From Candidatus Shapirobacteria bacterium (GTDB lineage Bacteria > Patescibacteriota > Microgenomatia > UBA12405), in assembly GCA_016188545.1 (NCBI GenBank), contig JACPHO010000001.1, positions 355,324 to 419,323 of the forward strand: a stretch of DNA of 64,000 bases, given 5' to 3'. The translations under genes were made by a program, and so were the position numbers. Below are positions 10,544-17,504 of this stretch, piece by piece (position 1 is the first letter of the stretch; each line of letters opens with the position of its first letter). The notes under the pieces are model-generated. The model saw only the letters and a list, made by a program, of their open reading frames with translations. It did not search any database and was not told the DNA's origin.

Positions 10544-10855
10544 CTATTTTATCACCATATAGTAGATAGAACCAGGATACATTCTGAATGCAGATTTTTT
10601 ATCAGGTCCCCACACGAACCTAACCCCCAGTTTCTTTTCGCAACCGACGCAAACCAACTCCTTATTCTTTTTTAGGTTTATATTATCGAGCATCGAATCA
10701 AAAAATATCTTGTCTATCGGGCCATTACCACTTTTGTTGTACGTCATCTGGGTAGTTTTACAGTTTACACATTTTATTTCCACTTCAAGTCTTCGTGGAT
10801 TTCTTCCCTTCGGATATCGATCGTAAGAAAATAATTTTTTAATATTGGCTACCAT
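10544..10855 (-). CDS. hypothetical zinc-ribbon protein
   Basis: Two CxxC pairs are present (CVNCK ... CVGCEKK). Confidence 0.35.
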   Translation of the reverse strand: MVANIKKLFSYDRYPKGRNPRRLEVEIKCVNCKTTQMTYNKSGNGPIDKIFFDSMLDNINLKKNKELVCVGCEKKLGVRFVWGPDKKSAFRMYPGSIYYMVIK

Positions 10856-11066
10856 ATTCTGAGTGTATTATAGCTGTTTTAGAAGTTCTAAGTTACCAGA
10901 GATCAAGGCATCTTTTTTCTCTCTAGACCACCCCTTTATTTGTTTTTCCCTTCTCATAACATCAACTCTTGAAGAATATTCTTCTTTGTAAACTTTGCCC
11001 CATAAAGCGAGTGCTGTTGGTGATCAACAATTCTCAGCGAGCTCTCTAGGCGAGTCGAAAGGTTAA

Positions 11067-11189
11067 GGCTGTACGTACAAATTCGAACGTATTTTCAAAA
11101 TGGACTCTCGCCCCGCATCGCCGCGGGTGGGGGCGCGGCGAAAAAAGCGGGGCTCGATTGAACAAAACTGTCGGCTCGAAACGCAAAAA
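11067..11189 (+). repeat. mosaic GC-rich structured repeat, copy A (P1 imperfect palindrome + nested GC hairpin + tail)
   Basis: GGCTGTACGTACAAATTCGAACGTATTTT is followed by the nested hairpin GCCCCGC[ATCGCCGCG..CGCGGCGA]AAAAAGCGGGGC. The tail is CTCGATTGAACAAAACTGTCGGCTCGAAACGCAAAAA. Related copies lie at 13423..13520 and, inverted, at 16166..16280. Confidence 0.7.
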
Positions 11190-11348
11190 TTTATTCAGTA
11201 CTTAAACATTAACGTATATATCAACAAAAGTGTTACAATCGGATGAATTTGAAAAAATATGAACAAACAATACTTTTTTGTGATCATTGAATATTTATGA
11301 AAAATAGGTGATTTTTTTATCAAAACGGAAGTAGGAAGAATTATTGGA

Positions 11349-12179
11349 TTGCTTACAGGTGTGGTTGTATTTATTAAAACAATTGGTATTTGGGAAAAAT
11401 TGATCAATGTCATCAAAAATATCTTCATATTTTTGACCATAGTATTGCCATTACCATTTTTTAACATCCCTGTCTATTTTTGGATAATTTTACTTTGCGT
11501 AATTTTCTGGTTATTCAATCAATCAAGACTTTTAAAATTAGTTTCTGGAGAATTTTATGACGACTTTAGAAGTGGATTAAATAATTGGGAGTATGGCGGA
11601 GAGGGTTGGAAGACTGAATTTGAAAATGGCACCCCCTTGTTGAGTGTATCTGAGTCTCAAGATGGCGGAATAAGTAAAAAAGGGTTTAGTTGGAATGATT
11701 ATCAATTTAGTTTTAAAACTAAAATAATAAGTAAAAATTCTGGATGGATAATAAGGGCTGAAAATAGAAATAAATATATAATGATACAACTGTGGATGGA
11801 GAAATTGGACAGCCCAAAAATAAGACTACATTATAGAGTTCCTCCAAGTAGTGAAAGACAAATTCAATGGATAGTTGCGGAGGAAATAGCCATTAGTTCA
11901 GATAAAAAAATTAAGATTCTTGAGTGGGTTGACGTAAGGATAGCAGTACTGGGAAGTACTATTGATATTTATCTTAATAACCAACATTGTGCACATTACT
12001 TTATACCAGATCCAATCAGGTGGGAGAATAAATTTATAACGATTGCAGAAGAAGGAAGACCGAGTGAAAAAACATATATTGATTCCATCAATTATCCTGT
12101 GGGAAGAATCGGTTTTAGGTGCTCAGGTGGTGCAGAGCACGCACATTTTAGAGAAGTCAGAGTAAAACCGCTGCTTTGA
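11349..12179 (+). CDS. membrane-anchored DUF1080/LamG-like (3-keto-disaccharide hydrolase-like) domain protein; TTG start
   Basis: Two N-terminal TM helices are followed by a domain with a GWK..FENG pattern. The C-terminus GRIGFRCSGGAEHAHFREVRVKPLL resembles the DUF1080 C-terminal G.IaLQ.H....FRNI.IK.L signature. Confidence 0.45.
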   Translation: MLTGVVVFIKTIGIWEKLINVIKNIFIFLTIVLPLPFFNIPVYFWIILLCVIFWLFNQSRLLKLVSGEFYDDFRSGLNNWEYGGEGWKTEFENGTPLLSVSESQDGGISKKGFSWNDYQFSFKTKIISKNSGWIIRAENRNKYIMIQLWMEKLDSPKIRLHYRVPPSSERQIQWIVAEEIAISSDKKIKILEWVDVRIAVLGSTIDIYLNNQHCAHYFIPDPIRWENKFITIAEEGRPSEKTYIDSINYPVGRIGFRCSGGAEHAHFREVRVKPLL

Positions 12180-12203
12180 GATTTAGGTAACAGGTTTAAT
12201 TCG

Positions 12204-12253
12204 ATTGTTTTCGTCTTTGTAGACTCATCAGTCCCGCAATTCGGGATAACAAT
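12204..12253 (-). ncRNA. hammerhead ribozyme motif, type III (HHR-3)
   Basis: Minus-strand RNA, 5' to 3': AUUGUU-A-UCCCG[AAUUG]CGGGA-CUGAUGA-GUCU[ACAA]AGAC-GAAA-ACAAU. Conserved core nucleotides CUGAUGA, GAAA, U16.1 and H17 are all present. Stems I and II are closed and stem III is open. Confidence 0.7.
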
Positions 12254-12277
12254 TTCCTCTTGGCACAACCAACGCTT

Positions 12278-12297
12278 GGGTCCCCTTGAGGGGACCC
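12278..12297 (-). other. perfect 8-bp GC hairpin between the stop codon and HHR-3 (module hairpin)
   Basis: GGGTCCCC-TTGA-GGGGACCC. No U-run follows on the minus strand, so it is not a terminator. It lies 40 nt 3' of the stop of gene 12338..12976. Confidence 0.6.
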
Positions 12298-12337
12298 ACT
12301 CGTCGTTTTTTTTGTTGTGCCTTGAGGGCGATAGGAA

Positions 12338-12976
12338 TTACTGCACAATGATGGTGACTGTAATCGTTTCTGTTGTTGCAAGATTGACATAATCTTCGCC
12401 AGTTACGATAATCGTGAATGTCTGCCCAACAGCATCTGCGGGTGCATTTGCTTTCAGTAATCCCGATTGAGCAGCATAGAAATCATCTGAGGTAATCCAA
12501 CTCGGAAGGTTTGAGTATTCGTAATGACCATTCCCATTGGGGATGTTTGAACCGATGGATATCCAAGATTCTTGTCCAGCACTCACGACAGCTGTAGCGG
12601 TTAAGTCATAGTGCACTGTGTGAGGTATTTCAACTGTGTACACCAGAGTGATAACTTCATCACCTGATATGGAGGTTGCCTCGCAGGTGAATTCGCCTTC
12701 AACATCAGCAGAAGGGTATGAATCAATTGTTTGACTACCCAATGTCAGCCATGAGGGGCAGTCGGAAGACAAATTGTAGCCACCTGTAGTTGCAAATCCA
12801 GCAACTTTCAAATCCAGTGACTTGCCGAGACCTGCGGCAACTCTGATGTATTGAGTGCTGGTGATAACTGAGGCAGTGTCTTGGGGGGTGCTTGTGGCGG
12901 AAGGCGCGCAAGCAGTCATGATAATCGTCATGGCTACGAATGCAAAGAGCAGGGAACGTACGGTATTGCGGGACAT
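12338..12976 (-). CDS. secreted lipoprotein with tandem Ig-like/beta-rich repeats; visibly GC-richer than surroundings
   Basis: There is a signal peptide with a lipobox-like IMTAC. Repeated SWLT/SWIT segments are present. The likely start is the internal ATG at 12976 (MSRNTVRS). Its base composition is atypical for this window. Confidence 0.5.
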   Translation of the reverse strand: MSRNTVRSLLFAFVAMTIIMTACAPSATSTPQDTASVITSTQYIRVAAGLGKSLDLKVAGFATTGGYNLSSDCPSWLTLGSQTIDSYPSADVEGEFTCEATSISGDEVITLVYTVEIPHTVHYDLTATAVVSAGQESWISIGSNIPNGNGHYEYSNLPSWITSDDFYAAQSGLLKANAPADAVGQTFTIIVTGEDYVNLATTETITVTIIVQ

Positions 12977-13238
12977 GGCTTCTCCTTTTGAAGTCGAACA
13001 AAATTGTGGGAAATACTTGGACTCTTTATTAGAAAACAACCGAGTTGTTTTTACTAATTAAAAAGCCCAAATACTTGCTTAAATCGCCATTCCTATCCTA
13101 ATTATTAAAGTGCATCTGAACAGAAAATACATAGCTAATATGTAAACCTATTCGTCCATATTTTAACATAACTAGACATAAAAAACAATGTTATAAGATA
13201 TATAGAATATTTTCTTAATCGCGAGCGTAAAAATAATT

Positions 13239-13260
13239 GCGATGATTTATCAATCATCGC
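13239..13260. promoter_or_regulatory. perfect 9-bp inverted repeat GCGATGATT-TATC-AATCATCGC (operator-like or hairpin)
   Basis: Seen directly. It is intergenic, upstream of repeat copy B. Confidence 0.3.
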
Positions 13261-13332
13261 CAAAACCGTCGGCTCGAACTACTTTTTATTGGATAAAACC
13301 ATACTCCCAAAATATCAAAATGACGGATTCTT

Positions 13333-13520
13333 GGCGCTGGCCAATCCTGTGCGCCTGTCCGCCTCTGGCGGAGGCGTGGCCTGCGCCATGGCAAAAATCA
13401 TGCGATTTGCAAAAACTGTTGAGGCTGTACGTACAAATTCGAACGTATTTTAAGAAATTATAACAGTCGCCCCGCTCGTCCCGTCGCCGGTCGGGACGAA
13501 AAACGCGGGGCTCGATTGAA
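13333..13520 (+). repeat. mosaic GC-rich structured repeat, copy B (P3 long hairpin + CGATTTGCAAAAACTGTT linker + P1 + nested GC hairpin variant 2)
   Basis: P3 is TGGCGCTGGCCAATCCTGTGCGCCTGTCCGCCTCTGGCGGAGGCGTGGCCTGCGCCA at 13333-13390. P1 is at 13423-13451. The hairpin GCCCCGC[TCGTCCCG..CGGGACGA]AAAACGCGGGGC is at 13466-13520. Confidence 0.7.
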
Positions 13521-13580
13521 AATTATTTTTTGCGCGCGCGATTTTAAGAATTGTTGGAACTATTAAGATATAATCAAAAC

Positions 13581-14726
13581 ATGAAGTTGACCTCAAATCT
13601 CATCAAATATTACCTGTGGCAATTCATTTCTGGTTTTTATTTTATCTACACTCTCCAAGCACTGTATTTACTTAGTAAGGGTATTACACCGACACAATTA
13701 GCTCTATTTGCCAGTGTCACGGCCATTTCGTCAACTGCTCTCGAAATCCCCACCGGATTTATTGCAGACAAATTTTCTCGAAAATTATCCGTATCACTTG
13801 GGTTTTTTTGTAGTGGCTTGGCATATCTTGGTTTTATATTTATCACTAATTTTTATGGATTATTGATAATTTCGTTTTTACTGGGACTAGCAGAAGCTCT
13901 AAAAAGCGGTGCCGAGGAATCATTAATTTACGATGATTTAAAATCATTAAACCAAGAATCAGATTATTTGAAAGTCACATCAAAGGGAACAACTATCGGT
14001 ACAGTCTCGGGAGCAGTGGCCACATTTTTAGGGCCGATACTTTTTGTAATTCACGCCACAATTCCATTTATTTTAAGTTCCATAACTCACTTATTGCTCG
14101 GTGTGTTAATTCTTAGTTTTACTGAATCTAGAAATTCATCCGAAGTTAAGGAAGAAGTAAAAGTAATGGGAGGAGTAATGGCAATCTTAAAAAACAAATA
14201 TGTTCGCTTGATTGTCTTGATGGATACAATTTTACTTGTTTTTGTAAATATCTATTATCAGGTTTTATTTTTTCCAAAGATTAATGGTTTGGGTTTAGAT
14301 GTTCAGTATTTAGGAACTTTAGATGTAATCAATATCGTCTTAATGTCGGGGATGTTTATTATTTTGCCACGGTTAGTATTAAAGAATGAGAAAAACAATT
14401 TAGTCCTTTACACCATGTTGCCGGTATTATTTTTCATTTTGTTTGGACTTAGTAACAAGCTAATACCAGCCTTAATTTTTGGTGTAGTTTTTGATTTAGT
14501 TTGGTCAGCCAGAAAGCACATTTTACCTACAATTACCAACCGACATTTCAATTCCAGTGACCGCGCATTAAGTATTTCTAGTATGAGTTTTATTAGCAAT
14601 CTCTGCGCGGCAATATTTGTCCCAATTGCTCTAATCTTGTTTAATGTAAGTTATTATTACACTTTAATACCGGCAGTCTTTATTATATTTCTACTTTATA
14701 TTTACCCCAAGAATCAAAACTCATAA
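13581..14726 (+). CDS. MFS-family transporter
   Basis: About 12 TM segments. An MFS motif-A-like sequence, EIPTGFIADKFSRK, lies between TM2 and TM3. Likely start is the ATG at 13581. Confidence 0.6.
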   Translation: MKLTSNLIKYYLWQFISGFYFIYTLQALYLLSKGITPTQLALFASVTAISSTALEIPTGFIADKFSRKLSVSLGFFCSGLAYLGFIFITNFYGLLIISFLLGLAEALKSGAEESLIYDDLKSLNQESDYLKVTSKGTTIGTVSGAVATFLGPILFVIHATIPFILSSITHLLLGVLILSFTESRNSSEVKEEVKVMGGVMAILKNKYVRLIVLMDTILLVFVNIYYQVLFFPKINGLGLDVQYLGTLDVINIVLMSGMFIILPRLVLKNEKNNLVLYTMLPVLFFILFGLSNKLIPALIFGVVFDLVWSARKHILPTITNRHFNSSDRALSISSMSFISNLCAAIFVPIALILFNVSYYYTLIPAVFIIFLLYIYPKNQNS

Positions 14727-14750
14727 ACAATATCGTGTTTCGAGTCTGGT

Positions 14751-15497
14751 TTATTTCCAATTAGGGTAGTCAATAATTTGTAGGAATTCTTGATATACCA
14801 CCCTTAGTTCTTTTGATATGTTAATTAGGTCATCTCGTTTTGCAATGAATCTTCGATTGTGTGCGCTCAAATCTCCAAACCTCTTAATTTCTTTAAGGCC
14901 ACTTTTGCAATTCCGACTTAAGTTAAAACTAGCCTCAGCTACAGCAAGTCGAATCAAATCCTCAAGATAATAAAAGTCACCTTGAGAATTTTTAATTTTG
15001 GTCGACAAATTGTTCTTCTCGAATGTCTCAATTATTAATGTTTCTAACAACCTGCGCAACATTACGTTACATGCATCATATAAACCATTATCAAAACAGG
15101 CGATAGCTTGATATGCCACTTTTTCAATATAGCCACGAGTATTTTCAAACAAACTTATTGGAAGTAAATTATTTGATACCTCAGGCGTGGTTGGATTTTT
15201 AAGATATTTCTCTTCTATTAGTTTCTGTCCAAATGGGGTTAAGAAGTACATTCCTGATTTCACGAAAAATCTTGCCGTCTTCTTGACATTTCTCTTAGCG
15301 TTTATTTTTAGATACTGTGGGATGTTGGAGTATGACGGCAAATTCAATTCATCAAAACAAGCTACAACATCCGAAGATCTCACGCCAGGCTTATTTTGCT
15401 CTTTTAGTAAAAAATATACAAAACAATCTACCTGCGACGACAATCCGATATCGTTATGGTCGAAAATGCTTTTAGTAAAACTTTTCAGGTCTAACAT
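14751..15497 (-). CDS. HEPN/DUF4145-like domain protein with N-terminal winged-helix-like domain (candidate toxin or abortive-infection effector)
   Basis: The C-terminal motif EIKRFGDLSAHNRRF carries an R-x6-H spacing with G(D/N)..AH, as in DUF4145/HEPN. The preceding RRLLETLI helix fits the family pattern. It starts 5 nt after the stop of 15503..16078. Confidence 0.5.
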   Translation of the reverse strand: MLDLKSFTKSIFDHNDIGLSSQVDCFVYFLLKEQNKPGVRSSDVVACFDELNLPSYSNIPQYLKINAKRNVKKTARFFVKSGMYFLTPFGQKLIEEKYLKNPTTPEVSNNLLPISLFENTRGYIEKVAYQAIACFDNGLYDACNVMLRRLLETLIIETFEKNNLSTKIKNSQGDFYYLEDLIRLAVAEASFNLSRNCKSGLKEIKRFGDLSAHNRRFIAKRDDLINISKELRVVYQEFLQIIDYPNWK

Positions 15498-15502
15498 TTA
15501 AG

Positions 15503-16078
15503 TTATTGATTTTTATCAGCAACCACTTTTGATTTTTTCGTTTTCTTTTTCGGTAATTTCGCAGTACCACTATCCCTTGAAATTATTTCTAAAGCTTTCC
15601 TTTTTCCATCATCGGTGACGACATATTCTGCTCCATTTAGTTGGCTGAGCCATTTATTTTTAACTACATTGTTAAGTGATGCGGATAGATTTTTAATTTT
15701 ACTTGGTGTCTTTCTCCTTGACTCCGCATACTTATCAATTATTTCTTTTCTGGTTAAAGTATCTTTGCCTTCCTTTGTTATATAAAACGCATATATCAAA
15801 ACCCATTCAGTTTCACCTTGTGGTTTATTTTGTCTTGCCAAATCAAACAACGTCATTGTTCCCACTTCCGATACAACCTCACTAACAGTGTCCGTAGAAA
15901 TTGGCTTTGTTACTGGATTAAAAGATATTGGTTTTTCATTTTTGACTGCATATACATCGGCAATTTTACCAATACCATCCTGTTTTATTTGATTGAATTG
16001 ACTAATAACTTCACTAGAATCTCCCTCAAGTTCTACCTTAAAGTCACCAACAGAAACATTTATTTTTAAGTTTCCCAT
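15503..16078 (-). CDS. hypothetical partner protein of the HEPN-like gene; shares a winged-helix-like domain with it; lysine-rich C-terminal tail
   Basis: The segment QNKPQGETEWVLIYAF...NVVKNKWLSQLNGAEYVVTDDGKRKALEII aligns with the downstream protein's EQNKPGVRSSDVVACF...NAKRNVKKTARFFVKSGMYFLTPFGQKLIEE. The tail is KKKTKKSK. Confidence 0.45.
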   Translation of the reverse strand: MGNLKINVSVGDFKVELEGDSSEVISQFNQIKQDGIGKIADVYAVKNEKPISFNPVTKPISTDTVSEVVSEVGTMTLFDLARQNKPQGETEWVLIYAFYITKEGKDTLTRKEIIDKYAESRRKTPSKIKNLSASLNNVVKNKWLSQLNGAEYVVTDDGKRKALEIISRDSGTAKLPKKKTKKSKVVADKNQ

Positions 16079-16165
16079 ATAAGTAATAACATATAATTAA
16101 TATGACTATATCATACGACTGTTACAAATGCCATACGACATCATATCTTCAAATCATTTAAAAAT

Positions 16166-16280
16166 TTTTGCGTTTCGAGCCGACAGTTTTGTTCAATCGA
16201 GCCCCGCGTTTTTCGTCCCGACCGGCGACGGGACGAGCGGGGCGATGTTAAAATATTTGAAATACAGTTCGAATTTTTCG
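16166..16280 (-). repeat. mosaic GC-rich structured repeat, copy C (inverted orientation)
   Basis: Its reverse complement reads P1-like AATTCGAACTGTATTT, then hairpin variant 2 (identical to copy B), then GGGGCTCGATTGAACAAAACTGTCGGCTCGAAACGCAAAAA (tail identical to copy A). Confidence 0.7.
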
Positions 16281-16322
16281 GTACAATGCCGACAATTCGT
16301 GAATGTCATGATTTTTTGATGT

Positions 16323-16381
16323 GGCGCTGGCCAATTCTGTGCGCCTGTCCGCCTATGGCGGAGGCGTGGCCTGCGCCACAT
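16323..16381 (+). repeat. P3 long GC hairpin element, second copy, abutting tRNA-Gln
   Basis: TGGCGCTGGCCAATTCTGTGCGCCTGTCCGCCTATGGCGGAGGCGTGGCCTGCGCCA. It differs from the 13333-13390 copy at only two positions, both in predicted unpaired regions. The same CGATTTGCAAAAACTGTT linker follows. Confidence 0.7.
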
Positions 16382-16407
16382 CAAAATCTTTCGATTTGCA
16401 AAAACTG

Positions 16408-16478
16408 TTACCCCGCATGGATTCGAACCACAATCACGAAGTTCAGAGCTTCGTGTCCTACCATTAGACGACGGGGTA
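16408..16478 (-). tRNA. tRNA-Gln (anticodon CUG)
   Basis: Reverse complement: TACCCCG-TC-GTCTAATGGTAGGAC-A-CGAAG-CTCTGAA-CTTCG-TGAT-TGTGG-TTCGAAT-CCATG-CGGGGTA-A. The cloverleaf has a 7-bp acceptor stem and a TTCGAAT T-loop. Confidence 0.85.
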
Positions 16479-16490
16479 TTAAAAAATAAA

Positions 16491-16581
16491 GAGCTAGTGT
16501 CCTATTGTACCAAGCCGTAGCCTTGGCGTAGGCTGGTTTACCTTGCCGTAACGGGGTGAAGGCAGGCCATTAGACGACGGG
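16491..16581 (-). pseudogene. partial duplicate of the tRNA-Gln 5' half, interrupted by about 62 nt
   Basis: TACCCCGTCGTCTAATGG is followed by a 62-nt insert and then TAGGACAC-TAGCTC. This matches the first 18 nt, the D-arm 3' part and the anticodon-stem start of the adjacent tRNA-Gln. Confidence 0.55.
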
Positions 16582-16668
16582 GTATCGACGTATTTTACAT
16601 TATATTGTTTTAAAAGTCTCCCTTGTCAAAGGGAGATTTAGAGGGATTGAACATGTTAAAATAAACCC

Positions 16669-16854
16669 ATGCAAACCATAGATGAACTTTGTCAGCAACT
16701 AAAACTAACCCCAGAACAAAAACTAGCAATCGAAGCCTATTGTAGCCAACTGGTTGTCGAGCTTCTCGAAAGCATCAAGCAGGACAATGTCCAAAACTTC
16801 GATGAGACCATCAGCACTATAAGCTCCCAAGTCGACGCGAAGAATTCAAAATAG
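16669..16854 (+). CDS. hypothetical small protein (uncertain)
   Basis: 61-aa ORF whose 3' end overlaps the convergent MBL gene. No motif. Confidence 0.2.
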   Translation: MQTIDELCQQLKLTPEQKLAIEAYCSQLVVELLESIKQDNVQNFDETISTISSQVDAKNSK

Positions 16855-17455
16855 TATCTTCTTCCCCGTGTCCAGGTAGAACTATAACCTCTCCCGGTAA
16901 TTTAATAAGCTCTCTTAAACTTTTTCGTAAATCAGACATCGAGGAATAGTTATGATCAGTACTTCCTATCCCACCCTCCGCAAACAGGGTATCCCCGCTA
17001 AACAATAATTTACCACTGGTATCATAAAAACAAACCCCACCAGGCGTATGACCGGGGGTTTTCAGTACCTTCAGCTTCTCCTCCCCAAGTAATATGTTTT
17101 TTGCGTTACTCAGGTCAACATCTGTCTCAGCTATGTCTAGCGTGTCTACTCTATGTTTCAAAAAATGTTCTGCTGTTTCTTTTTGTCGCTTAAGTAAAAA
17201 CATGTCGAGTTTGCTTACTCCGATAGGAATGTTGTACATCAATTTTAAGTCCATAGCTGCCAACAAGTGGTCAAAGTGCCCGTGTGTCGCCAGTATCATT
17301 AGTAGCTTCAATTGGAGCCTCTGAACCTCATCGCTAATCTCAGTCGCAGCATCAGCCGGGTCAATAATTACTCCTTCTTTTGTTTCATCATCCCAGACTA
17401 TATAACAGTTGGTTTCTAGTTCACCCAAGACCAACTTTTCGTATTTCAACATCAT
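16817..17455 (-). CDS. MBL-fold metallo-hydrolase (glyoxalase II-like)
   Basis: The HxHxDH motif ATHGHFDH is present, with downstream His/Asp ligands. Confidence 0.75.
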   Translation of the reverse strand: MMLKYEKLVLGELETNCYIVWDDETKEGVIIDPADAATEISDEVQRLQLKLLMILATHGHFDHLLAAMDLKLMYNIPIGVSKLDMFLLKRQKETAEHFLKHRVDTLDIAETDVDLSNAKNILLGEEKLKVLKTPGHTPGGVCFYDTSGKLLFSGDTLFAEGGIGSTDHNYSSMSDLRKSLRELIKLPGEVIVLPGHGEEDTILNSSRRLGSL

Positions 17456-17504
17456 TATATTTTACTTTTTATTTTTTATTTTTGAATTTTTGATATACTT
17501 CACT

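Noticed and set aside
11067-11095. P1 (GGCTGTACGTACAAATTCGAACGTATTTT) as a remnant tRNA 3' end or att site
   Set aside because: It shares only the ATTCGAAC core with the tRNA-Gln T-loop region and cannot be folded into a T-arm. It looks like an imperfect palindrome instead. The idea is kept as a possibility but not called.
12278-12313. GGGTCCCC-TTGA-GGGGACCC hairpin followed by T8, initially read as a plus-strand terminator for gene 11349..12179
   Set aside because: The T-run begins 8 nt after the stem. The hairpin is better explained as the minus-strand stop-hairpin-HHR module member, identical in architecture to the two other copies.
12196-12390. 64-aa ORF on the minus strand
   Set aside because: It overlaps HHR-3 and the module hairpin and has low-complexity basic sequence, so it is probably spurious.
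13242-13463. ORF (73 aa) sharing the peptide WRWPILCACPPLAEAWPAP with ORF 16286..16489
   Set aside because: The shared peptide is simply the translation of the repeated P3 GC hairpin element. Both ORFs lie over structured repeats and a tRNA, so they are not protein-coding.
16286-16489. ORF (67 aa) overlapping the P3 repeat and the tRNA-Gln gene
   Set aside because: Same repeat-derived artefact as above. It overlaps tRNA-Gln on the opposite strand.
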